Shown here piece by piece: positions 42,501-54,500 of a stretch of 64,000 nucleotides of DNA. Position 1 is the first letter of the stretch. Each line of letters begins with the position of its first letter. Both the position numbers and the translations under genes were made by a program. Below the pieces are notes generated by a model, which was not told the origin of the DNA, ran no database searches, and worked only from the letters and a program-made list of their open reading frames with translations. Source of the stretch: Naegleria gruberi (lineage: Eukaryota); NCBI GenBank assembly GCA_000004985.1, contig GG738894.1. One strand, 5' to 3'.

Positions 42501-45500
42501 NNNNNNNNNNNNNNNNNNNNNNNNNNNNNNNNNNNNNNNNNNNNNNNNNNNNNNNNNNNNNNNNNNNNNNNNNNNNNNNNNNNNNNNNNNNNNNNNNNNN
42601 NNNNNNNNNNNNNNNNNNNNNNNNNNNNNNNNNNNNNNNNNNNNNNNNNNNNNNNNNNNNNNNNNNNNNNNNNNNNNNNNNNNNNNNNNNNNNNNNNNNN
42701 NNNNNNNNNNNNNNNNNNNNNNNNNNNNNNNNNNNNNNNNNNNNNNNNNNNNNNNNNNNNNNNNNNNNNNNNNNNNNNNNNNNNNNNNNNNNNNNNNNNN
42801 NNNNNNNNNNNNNNNNNNNNNNNNNNNNNNNNNNNNNNNNNNNNNNNNNNNNNNNNNNNNNNNNNNNNNNNNNNNNNNNNNNNNNNNNNNNNNNNNNNNN
42901 NNNNNNNNNNNNNNNNNNNNNNNNNNNNNNNNNNNNNNNNNNNNNNNNNNNNNNNNNNNNNNNNNNNNNNNNNNNNNNNNNNNNNNNNNNNNNNNNNNNN
43001 NNNNNNNNNNNNNNNNNNNNNNNNNNNNNNNNNNNNNNNNNNNNNNNNNNNNNNNNNNNNNNNNNNNNNNNNNNNNNNNNNNNNNNNNNNNNNNNNNNNN
43101 NNNNNNNNNNNNNNNNNNNNNNNNNNNNNNNNNNNNNNNNNNNNNNNNNNNNNNNNNNNNNNNNNNNNNNNNNNNNNNNNNNNNNNNNNNNNNNNNNNNN
43201 NNNNNNNNNNNNNNNNNNNNNNNNNNNNNNNNNNNNNNNNNNNNNNNNNNNNNNNNNNNNNNNNNNNNNNNNNNNNNNNNNNNNNNNNNNNNNNNNNNNN
43301 NNNNNNNNNNNNNNNNNNNNNNNNNNNNNNNNNNNNNNNNNNNNNNNNNNNNNNNNNNNNNNNNNNNNNNNNNNNNNNNNNNNNNNNNNNNNNNNNNNNN
43401 NNNNNNNNNNNNNNNNNNNNNNNNNNNNNNNNNNNNNNNNNNNNNNNNNNNNNNNNNNNNNNNNNNNNNNNNNNNNNNNNNNNNNNNNNNNNNNNNNNNN
43501 NNNNNNNNNNNNNNNNNNNNNNNNNNNNNNNNNNNNNNNNNNNNNNNNNNNNNNNNNNNNNNNNNNNNNNNNNNNNNNNNNNNNNNNNNNNNNNNNNNNN
43601 NNNNNNNNNNNNNNNNNNNNNNNNNNNNNNNNNNNNNNNNNNNNNNNNNNNNNNNNNNNNNNNNNNNNNNNNNNNNNNNNNNNNNNNNNNNNNNNNNNNN
43701 NNNNNNNNNNNNNNNNNNNNNNNNNNNNNNNNNNNNNNNNNNNNNNNNNNNNNNNNNNNNNNNNNNNNNNNNNNNNNNNNNNNNNNNNNNNNNNNNNNNN
43801 NNNNNNNNNNNNNNNNNNNNNNNNNNNNNNNNNNNNNNNNNNNNNNNNNNNNNNNNNNNNNNNNNNNNNNNNNNNNNNNNNNNNNNNNNNNNNNNNNNNN
43901 NNNNNNNNNNNNNNNNNNNNNNNNNNNNNNNNNNNNNNNNNNNNNNNNNNNNNNNNNNNNNNNNNNNNNNNNNNNNNNNNNNNNNNNNNNNNNNNNNNNN
44001 NNNNNNNNNNNNNNNNNNNNNNNNNNNNNNNNNNNNNNNNNNNNNNNNNNNNNNNNNNNNNNNNNNNNNNNNNNNNNNNNNNNNNNNNNNNNNNNNNNNN
44101 NNNNNNNNNNNNNNNNNNNNNNNNNNNNNNNNNNNNNNNNNNNNNNNNNNNNNNNNNNNNNNNNNNNNNNNNNNNNNNNNNNNNNNNNNNNNNNNNNNNN
44201 NNNNNNNNNNNNNNNNNNNNNNNNNNNNNNNNNNNNNNNNNNNNNNNNNNNNNNNNNNNNNNNNNNNNNNNNNNNNNNNNNNNNNNNNNNNNNNNNNNNN
44301 NNNNNNNNNNNNNNNNNNNNNNNNNNNNNNNNNNNNNNNNNNNNNNNNNNNNNNNNNNNNNNNNNNNNNNNNNNNNNNNNNNNNNNNNNNNNNNNNNNNN
44401 NNNNNNNNNNNNNNNNNNNNNNNNNNNNNNNNNNNNNNNNNNNNNNNNNNNNNNNNNNNNNNNNNNNNNNNNNNNNNNNNNNNNNNNNNNNNNNNNNNNN
44501 NNNNNNNNNNNNNNNNNNNNNNNNNNNNNNNNNNNNNNNNNNNNNNNNNNNNNNNNNNNNNNNNNNNNNNNNNNNNNNNNNNNNNNNNNNNNNNNNNNNN
44601 NNNNNNNNNNNNNNNNNNNNNNNNNNNNNNNNNNNNNNNNNNNNNNNNNNNNNNNNNNNNNNNNNNNNNNNNNNNNNNNNNNNNNNNNNNNNNNNNNNNN
44701 NNNNNNNNNNNNNNNNNNNNNNNNNNNNNNNNNNNNNNNNNNNNNNNNNNNNNNNNNNNNNNNNNNNNNNNNNNNNNNNNNNNNNNNNNNNNNNNNNNNN
44801 NNNNNNNNNNNNNNNNNNNNNNNNNNNNNNNNNNNNNNNNNNNNNNNNNNNNNNNNNNNNNNNNNNNNNNNNNNNNNNNNNNNNNNNNNNNNNNNNNNNN
44901 NNNNNNNNNNNNNNNNNNNNNNNNNNNNNNNNNNNNNNNNNNNNNNNNNNNNNNNNNNNNNNNNNNNNNNNNNNNNNNNNNNNNNNNNNNNNNNNNNNNN
45001 NNNNNNNNNNNNNNNNNNNNNNNNNNNNNNNNNNNNNNNNNNNNNNNNNNNNNNNNNNNNNNNNNNNNNNNNNNNNNNNNNNNNNNNNNNNNNNNNNNNN
45101 NNNNNNNNNNNNNNNNNNNNNNNNNNNNNNNNNNNNNNNNNNNNNNNNNNNNNNNNNNNNNNNNNNNNNNNNNNNNNNNNNNNNNNNNNNNNNNNNNNNN
45201 NNNNNNNNNNNNNNNNNNNNNNNNNNNNNNNNNNNNNNNNNNNNNNNNNNNNNNNNNNNNNNNNNNNNNNNNNNNNNNNNNNNNNNNNNNNNNNNNNNNN
45301 NNNNNNNNNNNNNNNNNNNNNNNNNNNNNNNNNNNNNNNNNNNNNNNNNNNNNNNNNNNNNNNNNNNNNNNNNNNNNNNNNNNNNNNNNNNNNNNNNNNN
45401 NNNNNNNNNNNNNNNNNNNNNNNNNNNNNNNNNNNNNNNNNNNNNNNNNNNNNNNNNNNNNNNNNNNNNNNNNNNNNNNNNNNNNNNNNNNNNNNNNNNN

Positions 45501-48500
45501 NNNNNNNNNNNNNNNNNNNNNNNNNNNNNNNNNNNNNNNNNNNNNNNNNNNNNNNNNNNNNNNNNNNNNNNNNNNNNNNNNNNNNNNNNNNNNNNNNNNN
45601 NNNNNNNNNNNNNNNNNNNNNNNNNNNNNNNNNNNNNNNNNNNNNNNNNNNNNNNNNNNNNNNNNNNNNNNNNNNNNNNNNNNNNNNNNNNNNNNNNNNN
45701 NNNNNNNNNNNNNNNNNNNNNNNNNNNNNNNNNNNNNNNNNNNNNNNNNNNNNNNNNNNNNNNNNNNNNNNNNNNNNNNNNNNNNNNNNNNNNNNNNNNN
45801 NNNNNNNNNNNNNNNNNNNNNNNNNNNNNNNNNNNNNNNNNNNNNNNNNNNNNNNNNNNNNNNNNNNNNNNNNNNNNNNNNNNNNNNNNNNNNNNNNNNN
45901 NNNNNNNNNNNNNNNNNNNNNNNNNNNNNNNNNNNNNNNNNNNNNNNNNNNNNNNNNNNNNNNNNNNNNNNNNNNNNNNNNNNNNNNNNNNNNNNNNNNN
46001 NNNNNNNNNNNNNNNNNNNNNNNNNNNNNNNNNNNNNNNNNNNNNNNNNNNNNNNNNNNNNNNNNNNNNNNNNNNNNNNNNNNNNNNNNNNNNNNNNNNN
46101 NNNNNNNNNNNNNNNNNNNNNNNNNNNNNNNNNNNNNNNNNNNNNNNNNNNNNNNNNNNNNNNNNNNNNNNNNNNNNNNNNNNNNNNNNNNNNNNNNNNN
46201 NNNNNNNNNNNNNNNNNNNNNNNNNNNNNNNNNNNNNNNNNNNNNNNNNNNNNNNNNNNNNNNNNNNNNNNNNNNNNNNNNNNNNNNNNNNNNNNNNNNN
46301 NNNNNNNNNNNNNNNNNNNNNNNNNNNNNNNNNNNNNNNNNNNNNNNNNNNNNNNNNNNNNNNNNNNNNNNNNNNNNNNNNNNNNNNNNNNNNNNNNNNN
46401 NNNNNNNNNNNNNNNNNNNNNNNNNNNNNNNNNNNNNNNNNNNNNNNNNNNNNNNNNNNNNNNNNNNNNNNNNNNNNNNNNNNNNNNNNNNNNNNNNNNN
46501 NNNNNNNNNNNNNNNNNNNNNNNNNNNNNNNNNNNNNNNNNNNNNNNNNNNNNNNNNNNNNNNNNNNNNNNNNNNNNNNNNNNNNNNNNNNNNNNNNNNN
46601 NNNNNNNNNNNNNNNNNNNNNNNNNNNNNNNNNNNNNNNNNNNNNNNNNNNNNNNNNNNNNNNNNNNNNNNNNNNNNNNNNNNNNNNNNNNNNNNNNNNN
46701 NNNNNNNNNNNNNNNNNNNNNNNNNNNNNNNNNNNNNNNNNNNNNNNNNNNNNNNNNNNNNNNNNNNNNNNNNNNNNNNNNNNNNNNNNNNNNNNNNNNN
46801 NNNNNNNNNNNNNNNNNNNNNNNNNNNNNNNNNNNNNNNNNNNNNNNNNNNNNNNNNNNNNNNNNNNNNNNNNNNNNNNNNNNNNNNNNNNNNNNNNNNN
46901 NNNNNNNNNNNNNNNNNNNNNNNNNNNNNNNNNNNNNNNNNNNNNNNNNNNNNNNNNNNNNNNNNNNNNNNNNNNNNNNNNNNNNNNNNNNNNNNNNNNN
47001 NNNNNNNNNNNNNNNNNNNNNNNNNNNNNNNNNNNNNNNNNNNNNNNNNNNNNNNNNNNNNNNNNNNNNNNNNNNNNNNNNNNNNNNNNNNNNNNNNNNN
47101 NNNNNNNNNNNNNNNNNNNNNNNNNNNNNNNNNNNNNNNNNNNNNNNNNNNNNNNNNNNNNNNNNNNNNNNNNNNNNNNNNNNNNNNNNNNNNNNNNNNN
47201 NNNNNNNNNNNNNNNNNNNNNNNNNNNNNNNNNNNNNNNNNNNNNNNNNNNNNNNNNNNNNNNNNNNNNNNNNNNNNNNNNNNNNNNNNNNNNNNNNNNN
47301 NNNNNNNNNNNNNNNNNNNNNNNNNNNNNNNNNNNNNNNNNNNNNNNNNNNNNNNNNNNNNNNNNNNNNNNNNNNNNNNNNNNNNNNNNNNNNNNNNNNN
47401 NNNNNNNNNNNNNNNNNNNNNNNNNNNNNNNNNNNNNNNNNNNNNNNNNNNNNNNNNNNNNNNNNNNNNNNNNNNNNNNNNNNNNNNNNNNNNNNNNNNN
47501 NNNNNNNNNNNNNNNNNNNNNNNNNNNNNNNNNNNNNNNNNNNNNNNNNNNNNNNNNNNNNNNNNNNNNNNNNNNNNNNNNNNNNNNNNNNNNNNNNNNN
47601 NNNNNNNNNNNNNNNNNNNNNNNNNNNNNNNNNNNNNNNNNNNNNNNNNNNNNNNNNNNNNNNNNNNNNNNNNNNNNNNNNNNNNNNNNNNNNNNNNNNN
47701 NNNNNNNNNNNNNNNNNNNNNNNNNNNNNNNNNNNNNNNNNNNNNNNNNNNNNNNNNNNNNNNNNNNNNNNNNNNNNNNNNNNNNNNNNNNNNNNNNNNN
47801 NNNNNNNNNNNNNNNNNNNNNNNNNNNNNNNNNNNNNNNNNNNNNNNNNNNNNNNNNNNNNNNNNNNNNNNNNNNNNNNNNNNNNNNNNNNNNNNNNNNN
47901 NNNNNNNNNNNNNNNNNNNNNNNNNNNNNNNNNNNNNNNNNNNNNNNNNNNNNNNNNNNNNNNNNNNNNNNNNNNNNNNNNNNNNNNNNNNNNNNNNNNN
48001 NNNNNNNNNNNNNNNNNNNNNNNNNNNNNNNNNNNNNNNNNNNNNNNNNNNNNNNNNNNNNNNNNNNNNNNNNNNNNNNNNNNNNNNNNNNNNNNNNNNN
48101 NNNNNNNNNNNNNNNNNNNNNNNNNNNNNNNNNNNNNNNNNNNNNNNNNNNNNNNNNNNNNNNNNNNNNNNNNNNNNNNNNNNNNNNNNNNNNNNNNNNN
48201 NNNNNNNNNNNNNNNNNNNNNNNNNNNNNNNNNNNNNNNNNNNNNNNNNNNNNNNNNNNNNNNNNNNNNNNNNNNNNNNNNNNNNNNNNNNNNNNNNNNN
48301 NNNNNNNNNNNNNNNNNNNNNNNNNNNNNNNNNNNNNNNNNNNNNNNNNNNNNNNNNNNNNNNNNNNNNNNNNNNNNNNNNNNNNNNNNNNNNNNNNNNN
48401 NNNNNNNNNNNNNNNNNNNNNNNNNNNNNNNNNNNNNNNNNNNNNNNNNNNNNNNNNNNNNNNNNNNNNNNNNNNNNNNNNNNNNNNNNNNNNNNNNNNN

Positions 48501-51500
48501 NNNNNNNNNNNNNNNNNNNNNNNNNNNNNNNNNNNNNNNNNNNNNNNNNNNNNNNNNNNNNNNNNNNNNNNNNNNNNNNNNNNNNNNNNNNNNNNNNNNN
48601 NNNNNNNNNNNNNNNNNNNNNNNNNNNNNNNNNNNNNNNNNNNNNNNNNNNNNNNNNNNNNNNNNNNNNNNNNNNNNNNNNNNNNNNNNNNNNNNNNNNN
48701 NNNNNNNNNNNNNNNNNNNNNNNNNNNNNNNNNNNNNNNNNNNNNNNNNNNNNNNNNNNNNNNNNNNNNNNNNNNNNNNNNNNNNNNNNNNNNNNNNNNN
48801 NNNNNNNNNNNNNNNNNNNNNNNNNNNNNNNNNNNNNNNNNNNNNNNNNNNNNNNNNNNNNNNNNNNNNNNNNNNNNNNNNNNNNNNNNNNNNNNNNNNN
48901 NNNNNNNNNNNNNNNNNNNNNNNNNNNNNNNNNNNNNNNNNNNNNNNNNNNNNNNNNNNNNNNNNNNNNNNNNNNNNNNNNNNNNNNNNNNNNNNNNNNN
49001 NNNNNNNNNNNNNNNNNNNNNNNNNNNNNNNNNNNNNNNNNNNNNNNNNNNNNNNNNNNNNNNNNNNNNNNNNNNNNNNNNNNNNNNNNNNNNNNNNNNN
49101 NNNNNNNNNNNNNNNNNNNNNNNNNNNNNNNNNNNNNNNNNNNNNNNNNNNNNNNNNNNNNNNNNNNNNNNNNNNNNNNNNNNNNNNNNNNNNNNNNNNN
49201 NNNNNNNNNNNNNNNNNNNNNNNNNNNNNNNNNNNNNNNNNNNNNNNNNNNNNNNNNNNNNNNNNNNNNNNNNNNNNNNNNNNNNNNNNNNNNNNNNNNN
49301 NNNNNNNNNNNNNNNNNNNNNNNNNNNNNNNNNNNNNNNNNNNNNNNNNNNNNNNNNNNNNNNNNNNNNNNNNNNNNNNNNNNNNNNNNNNNNNNNNNNN
49401 NNNNNNNNNNNNNNNNNNNNNNNNNNNNNNNNNNNNNNNNNNNNNNNNNNNNNNNNNNNNNNNNNNNNNNNNNNNNNNNNNNNNNNNNNNNNNNNNNNNN
49501 NNNNNNNNNNNNNNNNNNNNNNNNNNNNNNNNNNNNNNNNNNNNNNNNNNNNNNNNNNNNNNNNNNNNNNNNNNNNNNNNNNNNNNNNNNNNNNNNNNNN
49601 NNNNNNNNNNNNNNNNNNNNNNNNNNNNNNNNNNNNNNNNNNNNNNNNNNNNNNNNNNNNNNNNNNNNNNNNNNNNNNNNNNNNNNNNNNNNNNNNNNNN
49701 NNNNNNNNNNNNNNNNNNNNNNNNNNNNNNNNNNNNNNNNNNNNNNNNNNNNNNNNNNNNNNNNNNNNNNNNNNNNNNNNNNNNNNNNNNNNNNNNNNNN
49801 NNNNNNNNNNNNNNNNNNNNNNNNNNNNNNNNNNNNNNNNNNNNNNNNNNNNNNNNNNNNNNNNNNNNNNNNNNNNNNNNNNNNNNNNNNNNNNNNNNNN
49901 NNNNNNNNNNNNNNNNNNNNNNNNNNNNNNNNNNNNNNNNNNNNNNNNNNNNNNNNNNNNNNNNNNNNNNNNNNNNNNNNNNNNNNNNNNNNNNNNNNNN
50001 NNNNNNNNNNNNNNNNNNNNNNNNNNNNNNNNNNNNNNNNNNNNNNNNNNNNNNNNNNNNNNNNNNNNNNNNNNNNNNNNNNNNNNNNNNNNNNNNNNNN
50101 NNNNNNNNNNNNNNNNNNNNNNNNNNNNNNNNNNNNNNNNNNNNNNNNNNNNNNNNNNNNNNNNNNNNNNNNNNNNNNNNNNNNNNNNNNNNNNNNNNNN
50201 NNNNNNNNNNNNNNNNNNNNNNNNNNNNNNNNNNNNNNNNNNNNNNNNNNNNNNNNNNNNNNNNNNNNNNNNNNNNNNNNNNNNNNNNNNNNNNNNNNNN
50301 NNNNNNNNNNNNNNNNNNNNNNNNNNNNNNNNNNNNNNNNNNNNNNNNNNNNNNNNNNNNNNNNNNNNNNNNNNNNNNNNNNNNNNNNNNNNNNNNNNNN
50401 NNNNNNNNNNNNNNNNNNNNNNNNNNNNNNNNNNNNNNNNNNNNNNNNNNNNNNNNNNNNNNNNNNNNNNNNNNNNNNNNNNNNNNNNNNNNNNNNNNNN
50501 NNNNNNNNNNNNNNNNNNNNNNNNNNNNNNNNNNNNNNNNNNNNNNNNNNNNNNNNNNNNNNNNNNNNNNNNNNNNNNNNNNNNNNNNNNNNNNNNNNNN
50601 NNNNNNNNNNNNNNNNNNNNNNNNNNNNNNNNNNNNNNNNNNNNNNNNNNNNNNNNNNNNNNNNNNNNNNNNNNNNNNNNNNNNNNNNNNNNNNNNNNNN
50701 NNNNNNNNNNNNNNNNNNNNNNNNNNNNNNNNNNNNNNNNNNNNNNNNNNNNNNNNNNNNNNNNNNNNNNNNNNNNNNNNNNNNNNNNNNNNNNNNNNNN
50801 NNNNNNNNNNNNNNNNNNNNNNNNNNNNNNNNNNNNNNNNNNNNNNNNNNNNNNNNNNNNNNNNNNNNNNNNNNNNNNNNNNNNNNNNNNNNNNNNNNNN
50901 NNNNNNNNNNNNNNNNNNNNNNNNNNNNNNNNNNNNNNNNNNNNNNNNNNNNNNNNNNNNNNNNNNNNNNNNNNNNNNNNNNNNNNNNNNNNNNNNNNNN
51001 NNNNNNNNNNNNNNNNNNNNNNNNNNNNNNNNNNNNNNNNNNNNNNNNNNNNNNNNNNNNNNNNNNNNNNNNNNNNNNNNNNNNNNNNNNNNNNNNNNNN
51101 NNNNNNNNNNNNNNNNNNNNNNNNNNNNNNNNNNNNNNNNNNNNNNNNNNNNNNNNNNNNNNNNNNNNNNNNNNNNNNNNNNNNNNNNNNNNNNNNNNNN
51201 NNNNNNNNNNNNNNNNNNNNNNNNNNNNNNNNNNNNNNNNNNNNNNNNNNNNNNNNNNNNNNNNNNNNNNNNNNNNNNNNNNNNNNNNNNNNNNNNNNNN
51301 NNNNNNNNNNNNNNNNNNNNNNNNNNNNNNNNNNNNNNNNNNNNNNNNNNNNNNNNNNNNNNNNNNNNNNNNNNNNNNNNNNNNNNNNNNNNNNNNNNNN
51401 NNNNNNNNNNNNNNNNNNNNNNNNNNNNNNNNNNNNNNNNNNNNNNNNNNNNNNNNNNNNNNNNNNNNNNNNNNNNNNNNNNNNNNNNNNNNNNNNNNNN

Positions 51501-54500
51501 NNNNNNNNNNNNNNNNNNNNNNNNNNNNNNNNNNNNNNNNNNNNNNNNNNNNNNNNNNNNNNNNNNNNNNNNNNNNNNNNNNNNNNNNNNNNNNNNNNNN
51601 NNNNNNNNNNNNNNNNNNNNNNNNNNNNNNNNNNNNNNNNNNNNNNNNNNNNNNNNNNNNNNNNNNNNNNNNNNNNNNNNNNNNNNNNNNNNNNNNNNNN
51701 NNNNNNNNNNNNNNNNNNNNNNNNNNNNNNNNNNNNNNNNNNNNNNNNNNNNNNNNNNNNNNNNNNNNNNNNNNNNNNNNNNNNNNNNNNNNNNNNNNNN
51801 NNNNNNNNNNNNNNNNNNNNNNNNNNNNNNNNNNNNNNNNNNNNNNNNNNNNNNNNNNNNNNNNNNNNNNNNNNNNNNNNNNNNNNNNNNNNNNNNNNNN
51901 NNNNNNNNNNNNNNNNNNNNNNNNNNNNNNNNNNNNNNNNNNNNNNNNNNNNNNNNNNNNNNNNNNNNNNNNNNNNNNNNNNNNNNNNNNNNNNNNNNNN
52001 NNNNNNNNNNNNNNNNNNNNNNNNNNNNNNNNNNNNNNNNNNNNNNNNNNNNNNNNNNNNNNNNNNNNNNNNNNNNNNNNNNNNNNNNNNNNNNNNNNNN
52101 NNNNNNNNNNNNNNNNNNNNNNNNNNNNNNNNNNNNNNNNNNNNNNNNNNNNNNNNNNNNNNNNNNNNNNNNNNNNNNNNNNNNNNNNNNNNNNNNNNNN
52201 NNNNNNNNNNNNNNNNNNNNNNNNNNNNNNNNNNNNNNNNNNNNNNNNNNNNNNNNNNNNNNNNNNNNNNNNNNNNNNNNNNNNNNNNNNNNNNNNNNNN
52301 NNNNNNNNNNNNNNNNNNNNNNNNNNNNNNNNNNNNNNNNNNNNNNNNNNNNNNNNNNNNNNNNNNNNNNNNNNNNNNNNNNNNNNNNNNNNNNNNNNNN
52401 NNNNNNNNNNNNNNNNNNNNNNNNNNNNNNNNNNNNNNNNNNNNNNNNNNNNNNNNNNNNNNNNNNNNNNNNNNNNNNNNNNNNNNNNNNNNNNNNNNNN
52501 NNNNNNNNNNNNNNNNNNNNNNNNNNNNNNNNNNNNNNNNNNNNNNNNNNNNNNNNNNNNNNNNNNNNNNNNNNNNNNNNNNNNNNNNNNNNNNNNNNNN
52601 NNNNNNNNNNNNNNNNNNNNNNNNNNNNNNNNNNNNNNNNNNNNNNNNNNNNNNNNNNNNNNNNNNNNNNNNNNNNNNNNNNNNNNNNNNNNNNNNNNNN
52701 NNNNNNNNNNNNNNNNNNNNNNNNNNNNNNNNNNNNNNNNNNNNNNNNNNNNNNNNNNNNNNNNNNNNNNNNNNNNNNNNNNNNNNNNNNNNNNNNNNNN
52801 NNNNNNNNNNNNNNNNNNNNNNNNNNNNNNNNNNNNNNNNNNNNNNNNNNNNNNNNNNNNNNNNNNNNNNNNNNNNNNNNNNNNNNNNNNNNNNNNNNNN
52901 NNNNNNNNNNNNNNNNNNNNNNNNNNNNNNNNNNNNNNNNNNNNNNNNNNNNNNNNNNNNNNNNNNNNNNNNNNNNNNNNNNNNNNNNNNNNNNNNNNNN
53001 NNNNNNNNNNNNNNNNNNNNNNNNNNNNNNNNNNNNNNNNNNNNNNNNNNNNNNNNNNNNNNNNNNNNNNNNNNNNNNNNNNNNNNNNNNNNNNNNNNNN
53101 NNNNNNNNNNNNNNNNNNNNNNNNNNNNNNNNNNNNNNNNNNNNNNNNNNNNNNNNNNNNNNNNNNNNNNNNNNNNNNNNNNNNNNNNNNNNNNNNNNNN
53201 NNNNNNNNNNNNNNNNNNNNNNNNNNNNNNNNNNNNNNNNNNNNNNNNNNNNNNNNNNNNNNNNNNNNNNNNNNNNNNNNNNNNNNNNNNNNNNNNNNNN
53301 NNNNNNNNNNNNNNNNNNNNNNNNNNNNNNNNNNNNNNNNNNNNNNNNNNNNNNNNNNNNNNNNNNNNNNNNNNNNNNNNNNNNNNNNNNNNNNNNNNNN
53401 NNNNNNNNNNNNNNNNNNNNNNNNNNNNNNNNNNNNNNNNNNNNNNNNNNNNNNNNNNNNNNNNNNNNNNNNNNNNNNNNNNNNNNNNNNNNNNNNNNNN
53501 NNNNNNNNNNNNNNNNNNNNNNNNNNNNNNNNNNNNNNNNNNNNNNNNNNNNNNNNNNNNNNNNNNNNNNNNNNNNNNNNNNNNNNNNNNNNNNNNNNNN
53601 NNNNNNNNNNNNNNNNNNNNNNNNNNNNNNNNNNNNNNNNNNNNNNNNNNNNNNNNNNNNNNNNNNNNNNNNNNNNNNNNNNNNNNNNNNNNNNNNNNNN
53701 NNNNNNNNNNNNNNNNNNNNNNNNNNNNNNNNNNNNNNNNNNNNNNNNNNNNNNNNNNNNNNNNNNNNNNNNNNNNNNNNNNNNNNNNNNNNNNNNNNNN
53801 NNNNNNNNNNNNNNNNNNNNNNNNNNNNNNNNNNNNNNNNNNNNNNNNNNNNNNNNNNNNNNNNNNNNNNNNNNNNNNNNNNNNNNNNNNNNNNNNNNNN
53901 NNNNNNNNNNNNNNNNNNNNNNNNNNNNNNNNNNNNNNNNNNNNNNNNNNNNNNNNNNNNNNNNNNNNNNNNNNNNNNNNNNNNNNNNNNNNNNNNNNNN
54001 NNNNNNNNNNNNNNNNNNNNNNNNNNNNNNNNNNNNNNNNNNNNNNNNNNNNNNNNNNNNNNNNNNNNNNNNNNNNNNNNNNNNNNNNNNNNNNNNNNNN
54101 NNNNNNNNNNNNNNNNNNNNNNNNNNNNNNNNNNNNNNNNNNNNNNNNNNNNNNNNNNNNNNNNNNNNNNNNNNNNNNNNNNNNNNNNNNNNNNNNNNNN
54201 NNNNNNNNNNNNNNNNNNNNNNNNNNNNNNNNNNNNNNNNNNNNNNNNNNNNNNNNNNNNNNNNNNNNNNNNNNNNNNNNNNNNNNNNNNNNNNNNNNNN
54301 NNNNNNNNNNNNNNNNNNNNNNNNNNNNNNNNNNNNNNNNNNNNNNNNNNNNNNNNNNNNNNNNNNNNNNNNNNNNNNNNNNNNNNNNNNNNNNNNNNNN
54401 NNNNNNNNNNNNNNNNNNNNNNNNNNNNNNNNNNNNNNNNNNNNNNNNNNNNNNNNNNNNNNNNNNNNNNNNNNNNNNNNNNNNNNNNNNNNNNNNNNNN